A stretch of 64,000 bases of DNA from Octopus sinensis (Eukaryota), in the NCBI RefSeq assembly GCF_006345805.1, contig NC_043005.1:19902001-19966000 (forward strand), given 5' to 3'. Below, piece after piece: positions 1 through 12,556 of the stretch (the first letter of the stretch is position 1; the number at the start of each line of letters is the position of its first letter). Position numbers and translations under genes: made by a program. A model generated the notes under the pieces. The model made no database searches and was not told the DNA's origin. It worked only from the letters and a program-made list of their open reading frames with translations.

Positions 1-51
1 TGTGTGTGCCTATAATAGACATAATGTAATATACATAATGTAATATATATA

Positions 52-314
52 TGTAGGTCCCGGGTTGATTCGGGGTTAACCACAGTAAATAAGGTACTCA
101 ATACATAGTAGAGTAAAATTAATTTATTATATAGAAGGAGCTTCTACAGGACTAGAACTGTTTCATTCAAGAGAAATCTTCAGGAAGCTAGTTAACAAGA
201 ATTGTATTGGCATTTATACATTTAGGCAGGTTTAAAGGGGTGTTGGTGGGGGACTTTTGGGGGGTAGGCATAGCGCAAAATATCATACTTTGGGGAGTGG
301 TCCAGGAGTCAGTG
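52..314 (-). mobile_element. HHR-bearing repeat (probable Penelope-like terminal repeat), left arm of a ~5-kb inverted pair
   Basis: Reverse complement of 4741-5007 (roughly 90% identical by eye); contains a type I hammerhead at 139-189. Confidence 0.7.
139..189 (-). ncRNA. Minimal type I hammerhead ribozyme, intact core
   Basis: Minus strand: agcttc CTGAAGA tttctcttgaat GAAA cagttctagtcctg TA gaagct. Stem I agcttc/gaagct (6 bp), short stem II ttc/gaa, stem III cag/ctg, GUA cleavage triplet. Confidence 0.82.
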
Positions 315-419
315 TTAAATTAATATAGAAGAATAAATAAAAAAATTAAAAAATATTAAAAATATATAAAATATATATAAAAAAAGGGAATAGAGTTTTA
401 GGTAAATAAGGAGATTCTC

Positions 420-779
420 ACTTATACCTATGCACATATGTATACATCTATACACACACATACAAACATATATACATATACATACACACATACGTACACA
501 CACACATATATACATATATATACACTTACACATACATATACATATATACACATACACATATATGTATACATACACACACTCACATGCATACACGTATACA
601 CACATGTATATATACACACACGACCACACATACATATACACACAGAAAAATATATACACAATACACACACATACTCACATACACGCATACACACCATATC
701 CACACACACATATGCACACACAGCACACTAGTCCCTATAACACATATATACACATACACACACATATACACACACATAC

Positions 780-829
<50 letters not shown>

Positions 830-1329
830 GTGTACCTATGCATACCTACACATACACACATATATATACAATACAAATACAGACCCATTCCCTAATTTTA
901 ATTTTATTATCTTCATTTATTACTTTTGTTATCTTTGATCGCTGGTCACAAACATCTTGGCTATGACAGCCTGTCCATTTATCTGTCTACTGGAAAACAA
1001 GCACTCATTTACTCACGCACACTCTTTAGCACGTACACTCACTCATTCGTACACTCATACACACACGCACGCACGCGTTATATTCATACATACATACATC
1101 TACATCCATTCACGTATATACACACGTACGCGTACCTACAGATTCATGTCTACACTCTTAGAAGGCTATCTATACATATACACCAATAAATATAATACAC
1201 ACACATACATATACACCTACATACAAATACATACATGTATAATATATATATATACATATACATACATATCCACATATATATACATACATATATATATACA
1301 TATATATATATATATACATATACATACAT

Positions 1330-1362
<33 letters not shown>

Positions 1363-1565
1363 TATACACACACATACACATACATACATATACACACATA
1401 CACATACATACGTATACATACATACATACATCCATACATCCATACATACATACATTTATACACATACACACACCCACACGTATACATATACGTACATATA
1501 TATACGCGCATGCATACACATACAAATACATACACATACGCATATACATATACATACATACACAT

Positions 1566-1634
<69 letters not shown>

Positions 1635-1997
1635 CACACATACATATACATACATACATATACAAATATACGCACACACATACATACATACTCATATACA
1701 CATACACGCACATACACATGTACATGCGTACCCATACACACACACACACGCGCGCATCCATATATACACATAAGTACACACAGGCGTAAAAGTATACATA
1801 TATCTATGCTTACACATACACACACACACACGTGCCTCCTTATATTCATATTTACATGCATACTCAAAAAAATAAGTAAATAGTAAAATATATACGCGCA
1901 GTTATTCATACATGCATACTCAAAAAATAAATAATAAATATTAAGTATATGTACGTGCAGTTACCTATTATATAGACGGATACATACATATAAACTT

Positions 1998-2047
<50 letters not shown>

Positions 2048-2281
2048 TATATATATATTATATATACATATATACACACATATATATACATATACATATA
2101 TACATATATATATATACACACACATATACACATATATATATATATACACTTACACACATGTACAAATACATACACACATAGATAACTCTACGTACCTACA
2201 TATACATAAACACACGAGCGTACACGTATATGTACATATACACATACACACGCATATATATACATACATACACATACACAC

Positions 2282-2372
<91 letters not shown>

Positions 2373-2634
2373 TATACATGTGTGCAAACATACATACATA
2401 CTCATATACGCACCACACTTACATATACATATATACACACACTTACAGACAGACATATATATACATACACATATACATACATACATACATACATACATAT
2501 ATGCATACATACACACACACATATATATATATACATACACATACACATACCTATACATATATATACACACATATAACACATGCACATACTTATATCTCTA
2601 CATACTCGCATATACATACATATATATATATATA
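420..2634. repeat. Compound (TA)/(CA)/(TACA) microsatellite field with short unique islands
   Basis: Directly visible; source of the many His/Thr/Ile/Tyr-rich pseudo-ORFs. Confidence 0.95.
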
Positions 2635-4384
2635 TTAAGGTATGTAGAAAAATACAACATGGACAAGAACGTATAACTCATAGAAGACGATACAATAAAC
2701 ATGGACAGGACATTCGAACCCCTCAGTCTTCAGTCAAGAACCGGATCATCGTAGTAATTTCGGCTGATTAATCTTGAGATTACTAGATCACGGCCAGCCC
2801 TCCAAGAAAAACTAAGCTGGAAGCGTAGATTTCCTGGAAGAAGGATCGAATGCATACGAACACCAGGACAGCAAAAGGGACAGATATAAAAAAAACAAAA
2901 AACAATAATGGAATACAGAAACATGAAATACAGAAGCATTAACGGTGAAAACAACAAGTGTCTTACGATGATAACAAGCAAACAAATTTTTTCTCTGGCG
3001 CATTGGAAAAAGCCTTTATAGCGGCGGACGACAAACAACGATGTTAACACGACGAAGGTCAGGAGCTGAAAGGCAGATTTCGGCCAACAGTCACGTGACA
3101 GAAAAGAGGGAAAAGAAAAGAAAGAGAAGCAAAGGAAGAGAGAGAGAGAAAAGGGGGACAAAACGCAACAAAGAGAGAGAAGAGAGAGAAAGAAGGAATC
3201 AGAGAGGAGAAGGATGGGTGTCGAGAATGACCTGTGAGTGCAGAGCGAGACAAAGAAATAGGAGGGTAGTGGAAGACTAGACCAAAGGATCAGAGAAAGA
3301 GAAGATGAATAGAGAGAAAGTAAAAATGAGAGAGAGAGAGAGACAACAGAGAGTCGTACCAATTATTAAGAATATGTGTTCACATTAATGATAAAGGGGG
3401 TACGGGGCGCCTGGAATATATGTTAAGGTATGTAGAAAAATACAACATGGACAAGAACGTATAACTCATAGAAGACGATACAATAAACATGGACAGGACA
3501 TTCGAACCCCTCAGTCTTCAGTCAAGACCCGGATCATCGTAGTAATTTCGGCTGATTAATCTTGAGATTACTAGATCACGGCCAGCCCTCCAAGAAAAAC
3601 TAAGCTGGAAGCGTAGATTTCCTGAAGAAGGATCGAATGCATACGAACACCAGGACAGCAAAAGGGACAGATATAAAAAAAAAACCAAAAAACAATAATG
3701 GAATACAGAAACATGAAATACAGAAGCATTAACGGTGAAAACAACAAGTGTCTTACGACTGATAACAAGCAAACAAATTTTTTCTCTGGCGCATTGGAAA
3801 AAGCCTTTATAGCGGCGGACGACAAACAACGATGTTAACACGACGAAGGTCAGGAGCTGAAAGGCAGATTTCGGCCAACAGTCACGTGACAGAAAAGAGG
3901 GAAAAGAAAGAGAAAGAGAAGCAAAGGAAGAGAGAGAGAGAAAAGGGGGACAAAACGCAACAAAGAGAGAGAAGAGAGAGAAAGAAGGAATCAGAGAGGA
4001 GAAGGATGGTGTCGAAGAATGACCTGTGAGTGCAGAGCGAGACAAAGAAATAGGAGGGTAGTGGAAGACTAGACCAAAGGATCAGAGGAAAGAGAAGATG
4101 AATAGAGAGAAAGTAAAAATGAGAGAGAGAGAGAGACAAACAGAGAGTCGTACCAATTATTAAGAATATGTGTTCACATTAATGATAAAGGGGGTACGGG
4201 GCGCCTGGAATATATGTTAAGGTATGTAGAAAAATACAACATGGACAAGAACGTATAACTCATAGAAGACGATACAATAAACATGGACAGGACATTCGAA
4301 CCCCTCAGTCTTCAGTCAAGAACCGGATCATCGTAGTAATTTCGGCTGATTAATCTTGAGATTACTAGATCACGGCCAGCCCTC
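2635..4384. repeat. Tandem array of ~790-bp units (2.2 copies) with a ~166-bp segment present three times (LTR-like ends)
   Basis: ttaaggtatgtagaaaaatac starts at 2635, 3423 and 4217 (periods 788 and 794). The third copy stops after cacggccagccctc at 4384. Units differ mainly by small indels. Confidence 0.95.
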
Positions 4385-4512
4385 ATATATATATATATAT
4401 ATATATATATGCCATCGCCAGGATCCTTAGCCCTAGCGATCAAAGATAACAAAAGTAATAAATGAAGATAATAAAATTAAAATTAGGGAATGGGCCTGTA
4501 TTTGATTGTGTA

Positions 4513-4550
<38 letters not shown>

Positions 4551-4740
4551 TATATATATAATGTATGTATGTGTGTATGTGTAGGTATGTATAGGCACAC
4601 ATGTGTACGTATGTGTGTGTGTATGTATATGTGTTTATGTATGTATGTGCACACATTTTATTTATTTTTTTTTTTATTTATTTATTTTTTTTTTTTTTTT
4701 TTTTTTTTTTTTATTTATCTATTCTTTCATCTAACTTACC

Positions 4741-5003
4741 ACTGACTCCTTGACCACTCCCCCAAGTATGATATTTTGCGCTATGCCTACCCCCAAAAAA
4801 GTCCCCCACCACCACTCCTTTAAACCTGCCTAAATGTATAAATGCTAATACAATTCTTGTTAAATAGCTTCCTGAAGATTTCTCTTGAATGAAACAGTAC
4901 TAGTCCTGTAGAAGCTCCTTCTATATAATAAATAAATTAATTTTACTCTGCTATGTATTGAGTACCTTACTTACTGTGGTTAACCCCGGATCAACCCGGG
5001 ACC

Positions 5004-5007
<4 letters not shown>
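4741..5007 (+). mobile_element. HHR-bearing repeat (probable Penelope-like terminal repeat), right arm
   Basis: Inverted copy of 52-314; carries a hammerhead at 4866-4916. Confidence 0.7.
4866..4916 (+). ncRNA. Minimal type I hammerhead ribozyme, intact core
   Basis: agcttc CTGAAGA tttctcttgaat GAAA cagtactagtcctg TA gaagct. Stem III loop contains the palindrome actagt. Predicted cleavage after 4910 (GUA). Confidence 0.85.
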
Positions 5008-5053
<46 letters not shown>

Positions 5054-5272
5054 TACATATACCTATATACATGTATATATACACACACATATATATACGC
5101 ATCTACAATTTGTATCTACACTCACATACATGCACATACACATAACTCTACATACCTACATATACATCGACATACTCGCGTACACTCATATATATACACA
5201 TATATACATATACACACACACATACATATACATATACATATATATATATAAATATATACATAATACACATAT

Positions 5273-5315
<43 letters not shown>

Positions 5316-5332
5316 TATGTATACACACACAT

Positions 5333-5365
<33 letters not shown>

Positions 5366-7074
5366 CATATACATACATACACACATACATACATGTACAT
5401 ATACATATACATACACATATATACACACACATACATATATCAACAATTGAGGGTAAAGTTAATTAGTTATTAATCAATTTCACTAAGTATTCAGTATGTA
5501 AAAGGACCATTATTTTTTTGAGTAAATAATGTCTGAGGGAAAATATTCTCTAAGTAGTGGAAGAGGCTAAAAAACTTTTTTGGCTGCTATTTCTAGAAAG
5601 TTCAATGTGTGGCAAAGTAATTTATTTTACTAAGCCCTAATTATATAATATTTTATACATACATACACATACATACACACATACATATACACATGTAATA
5701 TATATATATATATATATATATTTTATATATATATACATATATATAAAAACGTAGATATATATATGTGTGTATATATATATATGTAATATATATGTGTTTG
5801 TGTATATATATATATAAACGTATATACGTACATATATATGCACACATATATACATATATATGTTGCCATGTGTGTGTGTGTGTGTGTGTGTGCCTGCGTT
5901 TGTGTGCGTGTGTGTCTAAACTAAAATTTATACACATATATTAATATGCGAACTTGTTACAATTTGAAATTGAAATAATGATGTGTATTAGTTATAATGT
6001 ATATACAAACATAGAATGGCACTTGGTGAAGTTTTTATTTTTTTCCTGGAAAGTCTTGTGTCTTAAAAAAAATTACAGTGTTTGCTCAGAATATCGTCAA
6101 CGGGTTGTAAGAGATAACGTCATTTGGTTGCTTCAGAGACGAACAATCATGGACATCCTGAGTTACTCTGGAAAATATTCGTTCTGATCAGGAAGTCAAT
6201 AAACAAGACACACATGGATTTCAACGAACGCTATCCAAGCTAGAAGTAAATTGATATATCAGTTGGTTAAAGCTACCAGAAGAATGATAATATTCTAGAG
6301 GCTACTGGTACTGTTCTACAGCGTTATATCAGTAACAACAACAGTTTGCTATGTTCCCGAAGTCCTTCACGTGCTTTCCATTTTTATTGGTGGTTCTGTT
6401 ACAAGAAGAGAAAGAATCTCAGGCCCTAGATGAACATTGAAATCCTTACCTATTAAGGAAAGGGTGTTTGCCGTATTACATTGATTGAGGTAGTTCGTCC
6501 CCAATAGAATTGCCCATACATACATACATACACACGTACATGAATAAATACATACACACGAACGTATGTATGTATATGTACATGTATGTATGTGTGTATA
6601 TATATATTTATTATATATTTTAATATATATTTTAATATGTACATATATACATACATATACATATATTTACATATATACATATATACATGCATACGTACTC
6701 ATACAATTTATACTTATACATATACATAGACACACGCAGATATACAGCAAAATCGGCGGGGGTGGGTCCACACTAGACTCCGTGAGCCACCTGACACATT
6801 CACTGGGTTAACACAGACCTGACTTTAGGTGCAACTATTCCCCACAGTATCACTTTACCTAATATACAGATATTACACCCAATTGTTATCTATGCTGTCA
6901 CATAGATAACAACTCTTTCATCCACTCTACTGCAGAGGCGGCACAGCGGTGACACTTGCTCATTCCTCAGGTTGATCCTCCAGTTCGTGGCCAGAGCTTG
7001 GTCCTATGCTGCCAGTATAGTGCTCCCGGTCTCTTTTCTTTGGGGTTCCTTTCATCAGCCAATCTCACTCTATT

Positions 7075-7315
7075 ATTAGGGTGTTGCGCTCATGATCGAG
7101 AGATCGTGGTGTCAATTCCTAGACCGGGTGGTGCACTACGTTCTTGAGCAAACAACTTCATCTTATGCTGCTCTATGATCAGCCAACATCGATTTGATGG
7201 AGGGAGTGAATAAATGTATAGCACATATATTTGATCACTATAAACAAATCATTTGTGCAGGTCTTTCGGCAAAAAAGCTGAACACTCATACGTCGTCTTT
7301 GACGGGAGAGTCTGT
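7075..7315 (+). mobile_element. Degenerate tRNA-derived SINE
   Basis: Head resembles the SINE at 51217-51550 (gatcg..ag..cgtg...ttcc..gaccggg...gttcttgagcaa). Confidence 0.55.
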
Positions 7316-8039
7316 CATTATTGTTGTCGTTGTTGCTGTTGTTCGTAACGAAAGTGTTCTAAATTAACAGATTCTGATTGAGAGTGCCCCAGCGATATTT
7401 ATAAGTCTTTGTATTGCTATTTTCTGGGGCGTGTATATGTTTATACTTCGTCAATTTCTTTAGAGAAATGGTTCTGATAGTTACAGAAGGTACGGTAGAA
7501 ACATTCCTTAACTACCATATTGTTCTCTGATTCAATAGCTCGATCGGTGAAATTACTTAGCTTTGCAGATCGCTTCTGCACAATTGATTAATCATTTGAT
7601 ATTGCTATGTCGATAATTAGAACACTGGTATAATTTTTGACATGAAAGACGATGTCTAGTAATATTATGTATAATGGCTGTCTGAAAAAAGAATACGTAG
7701 TAAAAGACCCATACTGGATACTTGTGCGCATATTTTTTCACAAGCTGAATTAGTCATCCATGAAAGATCACGTAGTGAAAAACCCATACTGGATGCTGTA
7801 TGCATAATATGCACACAGGTGCAACAGCCCCAGCAGAACAATGCTGTTTTTCGTGTCCAAAGGATGCTCATCTGCTGCTGCGCTGAAAATCCAGTGAAGA
7901 TGAATGCGCAAGAATGGAGTTATTGTTACCGTGATTCTTGACAAAATCATGTAGTATCATATTTGACACACACAAAATATAAAAAAAAAACAAGGAAAAT
8001 TCGCTCAAAATCAGAGCAAGATAGTCATATGAAGGACTA

Positions 8040-8330
8040 TGATAGAAATTTTATCAAATGTGTTACAAGTATAAGTCTACAATGAGAAAGATCTGGTTGT
8101 TCTTGAAATCGAGCTAATGACCACCATATAATACCATCTCAAGAATGATAGCACCTCCTATAGTATTATGTGGTCAACCAATTACCAAATACGGCAAGGC
8201 CTTATCATGGCGATAGAGCTTCTTGTGATCTATGTAGTAAAGTATCTATTGAAATCCTAAAGTATAATGTTCATTGCCTTTCGAGCCGCCAATGAAATTC
8301 TTAGCATTTGCGTTCGTCGATTCTTCAAAA
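8040..8330 (+). pseudogene. Penelope-like GIY-YIG endonuclease C-terminal remnant
   Basis: Hand translation with frameshift: NDSTSYSIMWS / ARPYHGDRASCDLCSKVSIEILK, matching the PLE pattern IxWxI..A.PY..G...CxLC..E...IL. Confidence 0.6.
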
Positions 8331-8680
8331 CATTTCAGTTTTACAATAGTTCGGTATGTTTCGATAGAATAGACCTACATATTTGCTACCAACCTGATTA
8401 GAGGGGCCCATATTTCCCCTCACTTACTCTTTAACTTCGTCTGTCTTCAAACATTAGATCATACGCGGTTATTACATTCGGACCTATTTTTATTATTAAT
8501 TTTATTAAGTAATATATGTGTATGTGTGTGCGTGCTTGTGTGCGTGCGTGCGTGCGTGTGTTTGTGTTTGTGTGCGTGTGTGTGTTTGTGTTTGTGTGTG
8601 TGTGTGTGTGTGTGTTGTGTGTGTGTGTGTGTGTGTGTGCGTGCGTGTGTGCATGTGTGTGCGTATGTGTGGTGTGTGTT

Positions 8681-8874
8681 TTTGTCCCCACCACCGCTCG
8701 GCAACCGGTATTGGTGTTTTTGTGTCCCCTAACTTAGCGAGTCGGCAAAAGTGACCGATAGAATAAGTACGAGACCTTACAAAGAAATAATCGATTCGCT
8801 CGGTCAAAATTCTTCAAGGCGCTGCCCCAGTTTGGCCGCAGTCTAATGACTGAAACACGAAAAAGATAAAAAGA
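8681..8874 (+). mobile_element. SINE 3' half (family of 11517-11955)
   Basis: Shares cc(a)ccgc..gacaaccg...aacttag...gaataagt...ggccgcagtc.aatgactgaaac with 11760-11955. Confidence 0.8.
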
Positions 8875-8884
8875 TATATGTATG

Positions 8885-8916
<32 letters not shown>

Positions 8917-8988
8917 TCCATACACGTGTATATATATATGAGCGCCCCACCTGCCTTCGTCTTTTGTCTATTTTCATAAAGCTTCCCG

Positions 8989-9079
<91 letters not shown>

Positions 9080-9102
9080 TACATACACACACATATATAT
9101 AT

Positions 9103-9146
<44 letters not shown>

Positions 9147-9148
9147 TA

Positions 9149-9179
<31 letters not shown>

Positions 9180-9494
9180 AGCATGTGTGTGTGTATGTAC
9201 ATACATTTATACCTTCACTTTTTATTTCTTAGTATTCTTATTCTTTTGAGGGAGAAACTGGATCCTAACAAAGAAACAAAAATTCCATCACTGGAAATTA
9301 GATAACAATATCGATAATTATCTATTGATCATCGAGAACGTCTTCCATATTTTTACTGTTTCACTTACAAATTGTATCTATTAACTTTGTATTGGCCGGT
9401 CTCTTTCTTCACTTGAAAAGTTTAGCTTCTTTTCAGATGCACCAACAGTTATTGGCATAAATATACATTTATAATCAGGGTAGAAGAGCTGCTG

Positions 9495-9900
9495 GTATGT
9501 ATGTATGTATGTATGTATGTATGTATGTATGTATGTATGTATGTAGTATGTATGTATGTACGTACGTACGTACGTATGCATGTATGTATGTATGTATGTA
9601 TGTATGTATGTATGTATGTATGTATGTATGCCTGCATGCATGCATGTACGTATGTATGTATGTGTGTATGTATGTATGTTGTATGTATGTATGTTGTATG
9701 TATGTATGCATGTGTGTGTATGTATGTATGTATGTGTGTATGTATGTATGTATGTATGTATGCATGCATGTATGTATGTATGTATGTATGCATGTATGTA
9801 TGTATGTATGTACGTACGTACGTACGTATGTATGTATGTATGTACGTACGTACGTACGTATGTATGTATGTATGTATGTATGCATGTGTGTATGTATGTA
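9495..9900. repeat. (ATGT)n tetranucleotide array
   Basis: Directly visible. Confidence 0.95.
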
Positions 9901-10084
9901 GACAGATTATTCCAATATTTTAAGTTGAAACAGTTACTCGCGAGCAGTATCTGACGTCAATTGGTCAGATGTTTGTTTTAGTATATAGTAAATATTTTAC
10001 CTAACACATCTTAAACATAATACAATAAACGCAGCTATAGCAACAACTACAACAACTACGATAGCAACAGTAGCAACAACATCA

Positions 10085-10098
10085 ATAATACCAATAAC

Positions 10099-10155
<57 letters not shown>

Positions 10156-10192
10156 TATAATAATAATGATGATGATGATGATGATGATGATG

Positions 10193-10237
<45 letters not shown>

Positions 10238-10265
10238 TAATATAATAATAATGATGATGATGATG

Positions 10266-10326
<61 letters not shown>

Positions 10327-10384
10327 TATAATAATGATAATAATAACTATAATAATAATGATGATGATGATGATGATGATGATG

Positions 10385-10463
<79 letters not shown>
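10085..10463. repeat. (TAA)n/(TGA)n trinucleotide array
   Basis: Directly visible. Confidence 0.95.
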
Positions 10464-10466
<3 letters not shown>

Positions 10467-10837
10467 GACCTACTCATTGAAATTGAGAAAATGTGGCATC
10501 TCAAGGCGGTTACAATACCAGTGATCGTAGGAGCACTAGGAATGATCAAGAAGGGAACCGAAAATTATATGAGAATGATCCCTGGCTTACCATCCCTGCA
10601 AGAAGTGCAAAAGATTGTCTTAACTGGTACATCACACGTATTGAGAAGAGCATTGTCGATGTGAGAACTGTTGCTGCTCATGCATTTTAATTTAACTTAA
10701 AAAAAAAAAAAAAATGAACAAACTACTGAGTTTGGTTTAATGGCCTACCAATATACACTATGAGTTTCTTTGCCCTAGGAGTCGGGAAGACACTCGGCAA
10801 GAAATGGAAGAAAATTTGAAAGAAGAAGAAAAAAAAG
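10464..10837 (+). mobile_element. 3' end of R4/Dong-like RLE LINE, copy 1
   Basis: Translates KDLLIEIEKMWHLKAVTIPVIVGALGMIKKGTENYMRMIPGLPSLQEVQKIVLTGTSHVLRRALSM*, the C-terminus of the restriction-like endonuclease; then a 3' UTR ending in (TAA)n. Confidence 0.8.
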
Positions 10838-10908
10838 TAATAATAATAATAATAATAATTAATAATAATAATAATAATATAATAATAATGATAATAATAA
10901 TAATAATA

Positions 10909-10943
<35 letters not shown>

Positions 10944-10955
10944 TATAATAATAAT

Positions 10956-11327
10956 AAAGACCTACTCATTGAAATTGAGAAAATGTGGCATCTCAAGGCG
11001 GTTACAATACCAGTGATCGTAGGAGCACTAGGAATGATCAAGAAGGGAACCGAAAATTATATGAGAATGATCCCTGGCTTACCATCCCTGCAAGAAGTGC
11101 AAAAGATTGTCTTAACTGGTACATCACACGTATTGAGAAGAGCATTGTCGATGTGAGAACTGTTGCTGCTCATGCATTTTAATTTAACTTTAAAAAAAAA
11201 AAAAATGAACAAACTACTGAGTTTGGTTTAATGGCCTACCAATATACACTATGAGTTTCTTTGCCCTAGGAGTCGGGAAGACACTCGGCAAGAAATGGAA
11301 GAAAATTTGAAAGAAGAAGAAAAAAAA

Positions 11328-11328
<1 letters not shown>
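10956..11328 (+). mobile_element. 3' end of R4/Dong-like RLE LINE, copy 2 (tandem duplicate, period 492)
   Basis: Identical to 10464-10837 apart from homopolymer lengths. Confidence 0.8.
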
Positions 11329-11391
<63 letters not shown>

Positions 11392-11516
11392 ATATTTATA
11401 ACTGAGAGAGAATCCGTTTATGTTTGTGCAAATACGTATAGGTTTAAAAACATTAAAGAAACACTTCTTAAACTTAAACAGTTTCGATAAAAGAAAAGAT
11501 AATAATCAAATATAGA

Positions 11517-11691
11517 CGGAGTGGCTGTGTGGTAAGTAGCTTGCTTACCAACTACATCGTTCCAAGTTCAGTCTCACTGCGTGGCACCTTGGGCAAGTGT
11601 CTTCTACAATAGCCTCGGGACCAACGAAAGCCTTGTGAGTGGATTTGTTAGGCGGAAACTGAAAGAAGCCCGTCGTATATATGTATATATA

Positions 11692-11759
<68 letters not shown>

Positions 11760-11955
11760 TGTGTCTGTGTTTGTTCCCCCCACCCCCCCACCGAAAATCG
11801 CTTGACAACCGATGCTGGTGTGTTTATGTCCTCGTAACTTAGTGGTTTGGCGAAAAGAGATCCGATTACAAAGAATAAGTCCTGGGGTCGATTTGCTCGA
11901 CTAAAGGTGCTGCTCCAGCATGGCCGCAGTCAAATGACTGAAACAAGTAAAAGAC
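11517..11955 (+). mobile_element. Full-length tRNA-derived SINE with internal TA/TG microsatellite
   Basis: ggagtggctgtgtggtaag A-box-like head, gttc...c B-box-like motif, tail ...aatgactgaaacaagtaaaaga. Other copies at 8681, 21551 and 23780. Confidence 0.85.
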
Positions 11956-12361
11956 TAAATGCTGATATTTATTCCTATTGATAAAGTATTGCACATAATA
12001 AGGTGTTAATTTGATTTCGGTGACGAGTGAGATGTTTAAGATAATAAGTTTAAAAATGGGCTGGGTGACGCTAGCAATAAAGAGGGTGACCCTAGCATTG
12101 GAACAGATTACCCTAGCATTCGGAGCGATGTGTCTGGTGAGTCAAAGTTTGAGTTTATTTCTGATAGAAGTTTAGTTCTGGAATCACTTTACTTTTCTGA
12201 TTATAAATAGCCTTGTAGCAGCTTATTGGTAACAACCCCCTAAACTTTGGTGAACCTCTCTGCATTAGGCTTATCTAACTTTGCATTATCTGCGGTCGAA
12301 AAAATAAATGCTCGTCTTAAAGAAGTGCTCTCTCTCTCTCTCTCTCTCTCTCTCAATCCAT

Positions 12362-12401
<40 letters not shown>

Positions 12402-12403
12402 AA

Positions 12404-12478
<75 letters not shown>

Positions 12479-12482
12479 TATA

Positions 12483-12513
<31 letters not shown>

Positions 12514-12556
12514 CATATATATATACATATTCTTTCTTTTTTCCCTTCGATATATA

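Noticed and set aside
315-2676. Long ORFs (up to 308 aa) rich in H/T/I/Y or V/C/M/Y, here and at 9381-9954, 34896-35817 and elsewhere
   Set aside because: Translations of TA/CA/ATGT microsatellites; no domain content.
2730-4139. ORFs of 175-210 aa on the minus strand of the tandem unit
   Set aside because: Low-complexity S/L/F from the AG-rich tract; frames are not preserved between units.
7020-7060. Isolated CUGAUGA words (minus ~7043-7049, plus ~20185, minus ~45656)
   Set aside because: No pairing stem II followed by GAAA and NUH; expected by chance.
8394-8435. Hammerhead-like ctgatta gagggg...cccctc downstream of a PLE remnant
   Set aside because: A stem II-like helix is present but GAAA, stem III and the cleavage triplet are missing.
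10493-11182. Duplicated 65-aa ORF MASQGGYNTS...
   Set aside because: Alternative frame of the LINE endonuclease C-terminus.
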